Counted from the stretch's first letter, positions 16,869 to 25,491 are shown. The stretch: 32,000 bases of DNA from Candidatus Lokiarchaeum ossiferum (GCA_025839675.1 CP104013.1:4230001-4262000), one strand, 5' to 3'. The notes: a model not told the origin generated them from the sequence alone. Numbers and translations: made by a program.

Positions 16869-16924
16869 AAGCCCGACCCCGTTGATTGATTAGCATAAGT
16901 CATTTAATTAACGATAACTTATTA

Positions 16925-16963
16925 TTTTTTGGATTTGGGAGATGTCAATAGTAATCCAAAAAA
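16925..16963. repeat. 10-bp perfect inverted repeat TTTTTTGGAT-N19-ATCCAAAAAA between the kinase 3' end and the aIF-1A 5' region
   Basis: I read this directly: arms at 16925-16934 and 16954-16963. Its function (terminator hairpin or operator) is not established. Confidence 0.4.
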
Positions 16964-17082
16964 TTGCCCTTGCAAATATATGTTTATTAGAAAATTTAGA
17001 AAAAAGTCACTAATCTTCAAGAATGATAAGATCTGGCAAATATATTTATGTTCCTAATCAGCACAAAAGAGGAAATAGGAGG

Positions 17083-19434
17083 TTAGATCCATTTTTCACA
17101 TTTTTCTTTCAATTGTTGCAAGGTGAATGGTTTAACAAGATAGTCGCAAAAACCATAATCTTTATGTTGGGCAAGAATAGGATCTGTCGAATATCCACTG
17201 AATACAATCACTTTAAGTTCTGGATAGATTTCATGAACTTGTTGAACCGCAATTTTACCTCCAATACCTCCAGGAATTGTGAGATCCATAAAAACTAGAT
17301 CAAATTCTTTCCCAATTGCATGATTTTGGTTTAAAATCCCAATAATTTCCGCACCATCATAGCAAGATTCCATATCATAACCGAATTTGCTAAATACTCG
17401 CTGTAAGAATTTGTGTATCTTGGGATCGTCATCAAGTACTAAAATGCGGCCGTTAATTTTTTTGGAAATTGAGGGACTTGTTGATATTATCTTCTTATCT
17501 TTTGTTATAGGAAGGTATATGTCAAAAATAGTTCCATAATTTTTTTCCGAGCGAAATGTAATGTGTCCAGCATGTTTCTTTATGATTGAATAACTCATAG
17601 TAAGACCTAAACCATTGCCTTCGGGCTTGGTTGTAAAGTAAGGGTTGAAAATTTTGTGCTGGTATTCCTTCGGGATCCCAATTCCGTGATCTTGAATTTG
17701 AATTTTAATGTATTCTCCTTTCTTTAAGGGAATCAGTGATTTTGCCGATATATGTTCCTTTTTCACCGTTATGTTTATAGTTCCTCCTTTCGGCATGGAC
17801 TGTCTGGCATTAATTATTAGATTATTGAAAACTTGATTCATCTGTCCGAAATCAAATTCTGTGGTAGGTAAGTTAGATTGAAAATCAAACACACATTTGC
17901 AATTTGATCCTCTGAGCACAAAATTAGCAGAATCACGAATTAATTGTTCAATAGATTCGAGTTTTAAGATTGGTGCCCCTCCTTTAGAAAAAGTAAGAAG
18001 CTGTTTTGCTAGATCTCGGGCATGTAAGGTGGCGGATTCTAAATCATGAAAGATTTCTTTTTGATCAGGCGTGAAATTCGTGTTTTCAATTTGTAGCAAA
18101 TCTATGTTGCCAAGAATTGAAACCAATATATTATTGAAGTCATGGGCTAGTCCTCCAGCGAGTAAACCAATGGATTCGATTCTTTGTTGGCGAAATCGCT
18201 CTTCAGTAATCATCTTTCGATAACCGATATCACGGGCAATAACTAATATTCCAGAAAATTTATTTTCACGATAAATTAACCGTGACATAACTTCAACAGA
18301 TATGGTACCACCATTTTTCTTTTTTAGATCCAATTCATAAAGAGTTCTGTCTTGTTTTTTTTCTTGTTTGGCTTGGATATTTTGCTTAACTAATGAATGG
18401 AAATCTTCAACAATAAATTCAAAAGCAGGATGATTGATTACCTCCTCTTCTGTGAAACCTAACAATTCTGTGACAACGGGATTGATTTTTTGCATTAAAA
18501 TATTTGAATCAACTAGAAATATCATATCTCGGGAGTTTTCAACAATCTCTCGATAAGCAAGTTCTTGTTTTTGAGCTTCTTTTTCGATTTTGCGTTGAGC
18601 TGTGATATCTTGTAAAAAAGTAAAATCCTCTTTCCCAATGGAGATATTTTGAAAAATCATAGTTTTTTTTTCCCCATTTTTGCATGTAATAATTCGTTCA
18701 TGAGCGCCATATGGATCATATCCTGGCTGTCGCGTTTCAAGGAGAATTTGATTGCGATATTCAATATCTGGATATACTTGTAACGACCATGCTCTATTAT
18801 CTGGAAAATCTTCAATTGTGTATCCTAAATCTTGAGTAAATATGGGATTAACATATTTAAATTTCCCCTTCTCATCAGTAACAACGATGGGGAATGGAAA
18901 AAATTCGGCTATTTCTTGAAATCGTTCTTTAGTTTTTTTGAGATAATCATCTGAATGATATTTATCTGAAGCATCTTCGCAAATAGTTATGGTTAATTGG
19001 TCTGTAATGGGGATAGATTGAAAAAAGAAATGGAGAATTTGACCAGATTTCCCAGTGAAAAAATTAAAATGTGGTGTAGTGAGTCCATTTTCAGTTTTTT
19101 TCAATTTTAGTTTCAATTTCTCCCGTTTTTGTTCGTTAGGATATGCTCTGCGTTCCCAATCTGCTCTGGTTGCAATATCTTGTAGATTATATCCCGTTTT
19201 TTCTTCAAAAAGGGAATTTACATATAAATTATTATCTTGAATATCCGAAAGAACAATAGGAAATGGAAACTTGTCCAAAATTAGCTTCAAATCTGAAATA
19301 TCAAAAATAAAATTCTTTTCTTCATTATTTTGGTGCAAATTTTGCTTGATTTCTTTTAATAGTGATTTTTGCTCTTCTTTCTTTAGGGAACTGAGTAGTT
19401 GCAGTATGTGTTGTTTTTTATCCTCAAGTTCCAT
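17083..19434 (-). CDS. Hybrid sensor histidine kinase (multiple PAS domains, HisKA, HATPase_c, C-terminal receiver)
   Basis: The 783-aa ORF has the H-box LAGGLAHDFNNIL, the N-box NLIINARQSM and G-boxes DHGIGIP...GNGLGL. The receiver reads RILVLDDDPKI...DLVFMDLTIPGG...VIVFSGYS...KPF. Several PAS-like modules lie upstream (for example FPIVLSD, FPIVVTDEKG and RDMIFLVD). Confidence 0.9.
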   Translation of the reverse strand: MELEDKKQHILQLLSSLKKEEQKSLLKEIKQNLHQNNEEKNFIFDISDLKLILDKFPFPIVLSDIQDNNLYVNSLFEEKTGYNLQDIATRADWERRAYPNEQKREKLKLKLKKTENGLTTPHFNFFTGKSGQILHFFFQSIPITDQLTITICEDASDKYHSDDYLKKTKERFQEIAEFFPFPIVVTDEKGKFKYVNPIFTQDLGYTIEDFPDNRAWSLQVYPDIEYRNQILLETRQPGYDPYGAHERIITCKNGEKKTMIFQNISIGKEDFTFLQDITAQRKIEKEAQKQELAYREIVENSRDMIFLVDSNILMQKINPVVTELLGFTEEEVINHPAFEFIVEDFHSLVKQNIQAKQEKKQDRTLYELDLKKKNGGTISVEVMSRLIYRENKFSGILVIARDIGYRKMITEERFRQQRIESIGLLAGGLAHDFNNILVSILGNIDLLQIENTNFTPDQKEIFHDLESATLHARDLAKQLLTFSKGGAPILKLESIEQLIRDSANFVLRGSNCKCVFDFQSNLPTTEFDFGQMNQVFNNLIINARQSMPKGGTINITVKKEHISAKSLIPLKKGEYIKIQIQDHGIGIPKEYQHKIFNPYFTTKPEGNGLGLTMSYSIIKKHAGHITFRSEKNYGTIFDIYLPITKDKKIISTSPSISKKINGRILVLDDDPKIHKFLQRVFSKFGYDMESCYDGAEIIGILNQNHAIGKEFDLVFMDLTIPGGIGGKIAVQQVHEIYPELKVIVFSGYSTDPILAQHKDYGFCDYLVKPFTLQQLKEKCEKWI

Positions 19435-19521
19435 AATCTAATAATTGTAGTTCCTTTCAACCTAAAAATTTATTTTTGTTGTTTTAAAATTGATCTGTTA
19501 GAATGTTATGCTGCTATATAG

Positions 19522-20190
19522 TCACTTTTGTTTTTTTCTTTGATTATTTCCAAGCTTCTTAATAAATTCATTAGAAGTCAAGAATCCAACAGGGCACGCG
19601 AATGAATGAAAAGTATGTTTATAATGAGTTTGATTATTTTCTAGATGTTCAAATTTTTCAATTTGTTTAAGGAAATTTTCGTGTAGTTGTTTGAATTCCT
19701 TAATTTCTTCTTTTGATTTAAAATTCAAGATTGTATGCGAAGAGGTAAACACAGCTTCTTGACCGATATTTTTGGAAGTTTTCTCTGGCATTGTTTGCAT
19801 GAATTTGGCTGAAATTTTTGCTAATTGGTGATTGATACTTGAAATACCCACCACCGCGTTAGCTGCCAAGTGAATTTTTTTTTGAGCCTCAATCCAATTC
19901 TCTTGCTTAAATTTTATAGATTCAAAATCTTGGGAATCAATCAATTTTTGAATATAATCTGAAAGGCAATAATATTTTCCACGCTTTTCGATAGTTGCTT
20001 GGTTATCGAGTACAATTGTTTTAACTCTAATTAAATCTTTCATCTTTCGTAATAAAGTGCTTTCGGGAATATCTAATAATCCAGAAAGTTGCATTAAGTT
20101 CAAGGATCTGAAAGTATAGAGGGTGATGAGAATGGAGAATTCTGTTTCATCATCAATTAAATCATTTAATGAAACTGGTTTAGCCTTCAT
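19522..20190 (-). CDS. Putative winged-helix transcriptional regulator (ArsR/MarR-like N-terminal wHTH) with uncharacterised C-terminal domain
   Basis: The 222-aa ORF has EFSILITLYTFRSLNLMQLSGLLDIPESTLLRKMKDLIRVKTIVLD, which reads as helix-turn-helix plus wing. The gene is divergent from the MFS transporter. The family is not identified. Confidence 0.5.
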   Translation of the reverse strand: MKAKPVSLNDLIDDETEFSILITLYTFRSLNLMQLSGLLDIPESTLLRKMKDLIRVKTIVLDNQATIEKRGKYYCLSDYIQKLIDSQDFESIKFKQENWIEAQKKIHLAANAVVGISSINHQLAKISAKFMQTMPEKTSKNIGQEAVFTSSHTILNFKSKEEIKEFKQLHENFLKQIEKFEHLENNQTHYKHTFHSFACPVGFLTSNEFIKKLGNNQRKKQK

Positions 20191-20337
20191 TAGTTAATAG
20201 ATAAATTAAACCTATTTAAATTAAATCCTATTTGGTATAGATTTCAAAACATTTAAAAATCCATAATTATATTATTTTCATATTGACATATATTTCAAAA
20301 TGGAATATATGCTCAAAAATGTAAGTTGTGATTTGTT

Positions 20338-21687
20338 ATGGAAACACGAGATTATAAACAACCGACTATAAAAAATTATCATCACTACCTGATTTTTTGG
20401 GCAGGTCAACGTCTTTCATATCTAGGCTCAGAAATTGTGCAATTTGCTTTAATTTGGTGGTTAACAGAGACTTCTCAAAGTGCAACGATTCTTTCAATAG
20501 GAATGTTTATCACTATTCTTCCAAGAGTCCTCTTAAGTTCCTTTGCGGGCGTAATTGCAGATAAATTTGATAGAAAAAAAGTAGTAGCAATTGCTGACGG
20601 ACTTCAAGCCTTAACAACATTAACTCTAATTCTATTAATATTGATTCAAAATATTGCTATTTGGTTAGTATTAAGCTTCAATGGAATTCGTGCTATCTTT
20701 CAAACTTTCCATGATCCTGCTACAAATGCTGTTGCCTCAACCATGGTTCCTAAATCTAAATTATCACGTATCAATGGAATGAATCAGCTGGTCCGATCAA
20801 TTATTGACATGCTTTGTCCCATTATTGCAGTACTCCTTATGTCGTTTCTTCCGATCCATTCAATTCTTTGGGTTGATATTATCACATTTGGTATCGCTAT
20901 TACAACACTCCTAATGATAACGATCCCAAAAAATCCAAAAGTAATTTCTGAACAACTCGAAACCGAACAATCTATCAAAACATCATTTAAAGGGGAATTG
21001 ATGGAAGGAATTCATGCTATCGAAAGTGTGAAAGGTTTATCTGCAATGTTCATTCTGGTTGCTTGTACTAACCTATTTTTAAGTCCCTTTAACGTCCTGA
21101 GCACTTTCTTTGTTAATGTGATACATGGAGGAAATGAAGTGAATATGGCGATTTTAAGTGTCGTATTTCAAGTTGGATTAATTTTAGGGGCTCTTGTGTC
21201 TTCCCTTAAAAAAGAATGGAAAAAGAAAGCTCTTGTTATGGTAATTAGTGTAATTGCTGTTTTTTCTGGAATAATATTCATGGCTTTCACTCCAGAGGGT
21301 AATTTTTATTGGATGAGCGTTGGAGGTTTCATTGTTACATTCCTATTACCAATGTTTCAAACCCTCTTAGTCACCATCATGCAAACAACAGTTCCTCGTG
21401 AAAAAATGGGTCGAATCTTTGGTATTTTCAGCACAGTTAATTCTGCAACAATGCTTCTTGGATATGTTGCATCTGGACCACTGGCCGATCTAATTGGTGT
21501 TGTACCTCTCTATATTGTGAGTTCTCTAATTGCTATTGGGTTTGTTCTACTATTATATTTCTTCAGTAATCTCAGAGAGTTGGATAAGTTGGACTTAAAA
21601 TCACATAAAGTAGAAAAAAGTGATGATGACGCTCCAGTATTCGTTTCTAGTCAAATATTAGAAGATAAACCCATAGAATCTCAATAA
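20338..21687 (+). CDS. MFS transporter (MFS_3 / EntS-like efflux type)
   Basis: The 449-aa ORF has about 12 hydrophobic segments. It begins YLIFWAGQRLSYLGSEIVQFALIWWL and has the loop motif AGVIADKFDRKK, typical of this MFS subfamily. Confidence 0.85.
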   Translation: METRDYKQPTIKNYHHYLIFWAGQRLSYLGSEIVQFALIWWLTETSQSATILSIGMFITILPRVLLSSFAGVIADKFDRKKVVAIADGLQALTTLTLILLILIQNIAIWLVLSFNGIRAIFQTFHDPATNAVASTMVPKSKLSRINGMNQLVRSIIDMLCPIIAVLLMSFLPIHSILWVDIITFGIAITTLLMITIPKNPKVISEQLETEQSIKTSFKGELMEGIHAIESVKGLSAMFILVACTNLFLSPFNVLSTFFVNVIHGGNEVNMAILSVVFQVGLILGALVSSLKKEWKKKALVMVISVIAVFSGIIFMAFTPEGNFYWMSVGGFIVTFLLPMFQTLLVTIMQTTVPREKMGRIFGIFSTVNSATMLLGYVASGPLADLIGVVPLYIVSSLIAIGFVLLLYFFSNLRELDKLDLKSHKVEKSDDDAPVFVSSQILEDKPIESQ

Positions 21688-21796
21688 TTTTCCAAAACCT
21701 TTTGCTCCCTTTTTTCTTAGTTTTGATTTTATTAATGGGTTAAATTTATTGAAATTTTGACAGTTCGATTCAATATATAATTTGAAAGATGCTTAT

Positions 21797-22756
21797 TCAG
21801 AGTGAAGTGGATGGTTTAGAATATATTCTCTCATAATTTTGAGAAATCTTAAATAATTTCTCTGTTTTTAGATTAAAATGGTATATTCGAGCCATGGATC
21901 TACCATTCATCATAGTTTCTAAAAACGAAAATCTGATCTGGAACGAATCGCCGTCCCGTACAATCTTAGGGATCTTAGTCCATTTTTTCCTATAATAATC
22001 GTCATTACATCTATGGAGTGCCTCTTCATAAAATTTCATCTCTTGGGGTGTAAAATCCCATTTTTCTTCCAAATATATCAAACGGGAGGAAGATCGAGTT
22101 CCTTTTTCTAAATTGAGTTCAATATTTTTATCAGAAAGATGGAAGTTATACACATAATAGTGATGTGGAAGAACTCCGGGGAAATATTTTTGAGTGTCTA
22201 CTAATTTGGAAGTTATTTTTCTTCTAAGGATACTGCGATACCCATAATATCCAATAAATAGAAGTAATGAAATACCATTGTATAATCGAAATAGGTCGAT
22301 ACTTGTGAATTGATAGACAATAAAACCTATACTTGCTATAATAACTGAAGATACCATCGTGAACATGCTCCCTGCTTTTTCTACATAAAAACTGTATTCT
22401 TTCTTTGAAATGGGATAGAAAATGGGGATCAATGTTGTGGTCAGTAGATCCATGCTTATGTGTAATCCATAGAACAAACTTCCGAGTATCCACGTCAAGA
22501 AAAAGGATTTGGAAAATACCACAGAAAAAATAATACTACCGATTAATGCAACTCCCAAACCAATTATATATGAGTGGGAACCTCCTCGATGTTCCAAATA
22601 ATCTGCTTTAAAGATTTTCTTCAAAGGGGTCAGAAAAAGGTCAAAATCTGGTAGGATTGCAAATAGTATGCCGAAGAGATAATATTCTGACATAACATCA
22701 CCTCCGAAGGTTCCGTAGAGTAGTGCTGCAACAACAGCATGTGTGAATAGATCCAT
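21797..22756 (-). CDS. Membrane-bound metal-dependent hydrolase, YdjM/DUF457-like, with soluble C-terminal extension
   Basis: The 319-aa ORF begins MDLFTHAVVAALLYG and contains EHRGGSHS within a multi-TM N-terminal half. This is the pattern of the YdjM (LexA-binding inner-membrane hydrolase) family. I do not recognise the ~140-aa C-terminal part. Confidence 0.7.
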   Translation of the reverse strand: MDLFTHAVVAALLYGTFGGDVMSEYYLFGILFAILPDFDLFLTPLKKIFKADYLEHRGGSHSYIIGLGVALIGSIIFSVVFSKSFFLTWILGSLFYGLHISMDLLTTTLIPIFYPISKKEYSFYVEKAGSMFTMVSSVIIASIGFIVYQFTSIDLFRLYNGISLLLFIGYYGYRSILRRKITSKLVDTQKYFPGVLPHHYYVYNFHLSDKNIELNLEKGTRSSSRLIYLEEKWDFTPQEMKFYEEALHRCNDDYYRKKWTKIPKIVRDGDSFQIRFSFLETMMNGRSMARIYHFNLKTEKLFKISQNYERIYSKPSTSL

Positions 22757-22804
22757 TAATTATCAGTGTGATTATTGTATCTAGTAATAAAAAAAGGATA
22801 GGTT

Positions 22805-24013
22805 TTATTGATATACATCGTCAATTGATTGATGCTTTTCCATGACCGCCATTACTTTTGTTAATTCTTCTGGAATATTGATTTCTTGAGGACATTTTGG
22901 AATACATGCTCCACACTTCGTACACAGAGAAGATCGTCCCATATTTGGTTTCTTTACTAGTTGTGCTTTATTTTTTGCTAAACTTCGATAGCGATTTTTC
23001 TGTTGAAATCTGAGAAGGCGATCCATGGGGGCTTTACTATCATTTAAGGAAATTGCATTTATGGTTGCAAAATTTTCTGGGATATTAACTCCAAATGGGC
23101 AAGGCATACAATATCGACAAGCTGTACAAGGAACTCGAATTTTTTCTCTATATATTTGAGTGATTTGCGTTAAAATTTGGTTTTCTTCTTCAGAAAGTGA
23201 TTTAACTCCGGATTTATCTGCACTGGCGCAATTTTCTTCAACCATTTTCATATTCCCCATCCCACTTAACACAATACTTACTTCGGGTTGATTCCAGATA
23301 AATTGAAGTGCCCAATCTACGGGTGATCGATGAATGGGGGCATTGTTCATTATATCTAATGCCTCACGTGGGGGATTTGCCAACATTCCTCCTTTGACGG
23401 GTTCCATAATAATCACAGCAATATCCTTTGAATGAGCATAAGCCAAACCTTCTTGGTTTGCTTGAATTGCCGTATCCATATAATTATATTGAATTTGGCA
23501 TGCATCCCATTCATAATAATCGATTATTTCTTTAAATTTGGGAAGTGAGTCATGAAATGAGAACCCAATAGCATTTATTTTTCCTGCGGCTTTGGCGTGT
23601 TCCATTTTTTCAATCAAATTGAATTTTTTTACGACATTAAAATATGTTTTGTTCAAACTGTGAAACAAATATAAATCTACATGGTCAGTTTGTAAACTTT
23701 CAAGCTGAGATTTTAAAAATTTTTCAAAATCATCTGCTTTTCTTACTAAAAACATAGGTAGTTTGGTTACCAACTTTACTTTTTCACGGTATCCATCCTG
23801 TAATGCTTTTCCCAATACTTTTTCAGAGTTTCCCATATGGTAGGGCCAAGCAGTATCAACATAGTTGATCCCTAAATCAATTCCACGTCTAATTATTCTA
23901 ATTGCTTCTTCCTCGTCCAAGCGCTTTAAAATTCCTTTGGTTGGAAGGCGCATTGCACCAAATCCCAATGCTGAAACATCCCACCCCAATTTTCCCATTT
24001 TTCGATATTGCAT
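22805..24013 (-). CDS. Aldo/keto reductase with C-terminal 4Fe-4S ferredoxin-type domain (COG1453-type oxidoreductase)
   Basis: The 402-aa ORF begins MQYRKMGKLGWDVSALGFGAMRLP and contains INYVDTAWPYH. It has two Cys clusters, CTACRYCMPCP and CTKCGACIPKCP. Confidence 0.9.
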   Translation of the reverse strand: MQYRKMGKLGWDVSALGFGAMRLPTKGILKRLDEEEAIRIIRRGIDLGINYVDTAWPYHMGNSEKVLGKALQDGYREKVKLVTKLPMFLVRKADDFEKFLKSQLESLQTDHVDLYLFHSLNKTYFNVVKKFNLIEKMEHAKAAGKINAIGFSFHDSLPKFKEIIDYYEWDACQIQYNYMDTAIQANQEGLAYAHSKDIAVIIMEPVKGGMLANPPREALDIMNNAPIHRSPVDWALQFIWNQPEVSIVLSGMGNMKMVEENCASADKSGVKSLSEEENQILTQITQIYREKIRVPCTACRYCMPCPFGVNIPENFATINAISLNDSKAPMDRLLRFQQKNRYRSLAKNKAQLVKKPNMGRSSLCTKCGACIPKCPQEINIPEELTKVMAVMEKHQSIDDVYQ

Positions 24014-24023
24014 GATCTTCTAA

Positions 24024-24326
24024 TTACTCCTTTTTTGTAGATGGTGAATCATTCTTATTTTTTGCTTTGATTTTTTCAAAAGAATACCCACAATTCTCTT
24101 TGGTTATATGTTCAAAGGCTGTCCGTGGATATTTACGACAATTGAGCGGTCTAAACCTGTATATTGCACAACGTGGATGGCCTTCCTCATCGTATCGTAA
24201 GGCAGGACATACATTTGGGAGTTTACAACAGTCGCCACATCGTACACATTCCCCAATTCTTTTTCTACTGACCGGTAAGATTGCAGTAAATGTGCGAAAA
24301 ATTCGTGAAAACCAGTTATTTTTCAT
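24024..24326 (-). CDS. YkgJ-family (UPF0153) cysteine-cluster zinc/iron-chelating protein
   Basis: The 100-aa ORF has CVRCGDCCKLPNVCP followed by further Cys residues (C..Y.F.PLNCRKYP), the CxxCxxCC signature of this family. Its stop lies 10 nt upstream of the AKR start, so co-transcription is likely. Confidence 0.75.
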   Translation of the reverse strand: MKNNWFSRIFRTFTAILPVSRKRIGECVRCGDCCKLPNVCPALRYDEEGHPRCAIYRFRPLNCRKYPRTAFEHITKENCGYSFEKIKAKNKNDSPSTKKE

Positions 24327-24721
24327 TTTAATAAAATCATATGAAATAATCCAAGATCCGATTTAAAAATAGGGAAAATGGGCGGACAATTTTTCCCCAA
24401 ACTTTAAATCCGTAAAATATAATGTTCCGTTATGAAAGAATTAACAAAAACCAAAATTCGCATGTTTTTCGGTTATGTGTTTTCATTTCTATTTCATTCC
24501 TATCCTACAGTGATCGTTGGAAATGCGGTTGCAAAAGGAAAGAAAAAGAAAAAAAAAGAAACAGAATAAAAAAAATACAAATTTGGTTTGGTGAAATGGA
24601 ATTCTAAAATAACAATGTTTTTTTGAAATGCTACTTTTCTAACATTACTTTTTCTTCTAAAACTCTATTGAAAAAAAAGGGATTTTAGGAAGAAACAATC
24701 ACTATTATATAGGTAAGAAAC

Positions 24722-25483
24722 ATGTCACCTGATGATATTAATATTACAGAGCAAAAAGAATCAACCATTTTTGCCGTACGAACTACTATTGGACAAGAAA
24801 AATCTGTTCTGACCAATATATTTAACCGATTAAAAGTTTTAAATCCCTTTCCTGATTTAAAGGCGTTAATGATTGCTGAAGAATTGCGAGGTTATGTATT
24901 TGTTGAAGCAACTCATCAACGTGATGTCATGATCACTATTGCTGGATTACGCCACATCAAGGGTAAAATTGTTGGTTCTATCTCACTTGATTCGATCTCT
25001 CATGTTATCTCCCCACGCAAAGTTACTGAAATTTTAGAGGAAGGTGATACTGTAGAAATTGTATCCGGAATTTTTATGGGCCAAAAAGCTCAAGTCATCC
25101 GAATGCCGAAAGAAGGGGCCAAAGAAGAAGTTACTTTAAGGCTTTTGGATTCTGATTCTGCTATATCTATCAAAATTCATGGTGATTTCTTGAAATTGAT
25201 TGAAAAAGGTGCTCGTCATCAAGAAGAGTATATCATTAAGGATATGGAGGTCAGTGATGGAACAACAATTCCTGCGAGTGAAGATGATTCGGAAGGAGTT
25301 ACTGTTGTGGTAGATGGAGCTTCAGAGGGTAGCGATGAAGAATTATTTGATTTTGGTGAATCTGCAGACGAAGATGGAACTGATGATGAGGATTACGATG
25401 AAAGTTCTGTGGATCGGGAAAAATCTGATGATGAGGATATCGATGAAGACGAAGATGATGAGTGGTCTAAATTTGGTTTCTGA
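24722..25483 (+). CDS. spt5: Transcription elongation factor Spt5 (NGN + KOW) with ~90-aa acidic C-terminal extension
   Basis: The NGN domain reads IFAVRTTIGQEKSV...LRGYVFVEATHQ...IAGLRHIKG. The KOW domain reads EGDTVEIVSGIFMGQKAQVIRM...EVTLRLL. Residues 171-253 contain 36 Asp/Glu by my count and end DEDEDDEWSKFGF. Confidence 0.9.
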   Translation: MSPDDINITEQKESTIFAVRTTIGQEKSVLTNIFNRLKVLNPFPDLKALMIAEELRGYVFVEATHQRDVMITIAGLRHIKGKIVGSISLDSISHVISPRKVTEILEEGDTVEIVSGIFMGQKAQVIRMPKEGAKEEVTLRLLDSDSAISIKIHGDFLKLIEKGARHQEEYIIKDMEVSDGTTIPASEDDSEGVTVVVDGASEGSDEELFDFGESADEDGTDDEDYDESSVDREKSDDEDIDEDEDDEWSKFGF

Positions 25484-25491
25484 TTTTTTTT
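25484..25491 (+). terminator. Oligo-T tract (T8) immediately after the spt5 stop; candidate archaeal intrinsic terminator
   Basis: The stop codon tga is followed directly by tttttttt. Archaeal RNA polymerase terminates at oligo-T runs. Confidence 0.35.

Noticed and set aside
16869-16903. Treating the 35-codon ORF from ATG 16903 (MTYANQSTGSGLFLKIEEEIKPM...) as an independent small gene or upstream ORF.
   Set aside because: It overlaps the conserved basic N-terminal coding region of aIF-1A in another frame and has no recognisable features. It is better explained by the start-codon or indel problem described in the findings.
17023-22493. Track ORFs 17023-17298(+), 19055-19240(+), 20784-20978(-) and 22224-22493(-).
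   Set aside because: They are antisense or alternative-frame ORFs inside the histidine kinase, MFS transporter and YdjM-like genes, with no independent support.
24067-24607. Track ORFs 24067-24366(+) and 24422-24607(+, MFRYERINKNQ...KRKEKEKKRNR).
   Set aside because: The first is antisense to the YkgJ gene. The second lies in an AT-rich intergenic region, and its basic tail merely translates a poly-purine tract (aaggaaagaaaaagaaaaaaaaag). It has no SD motif and no motifs, so it more likely belongs to the spt5 upstream region.
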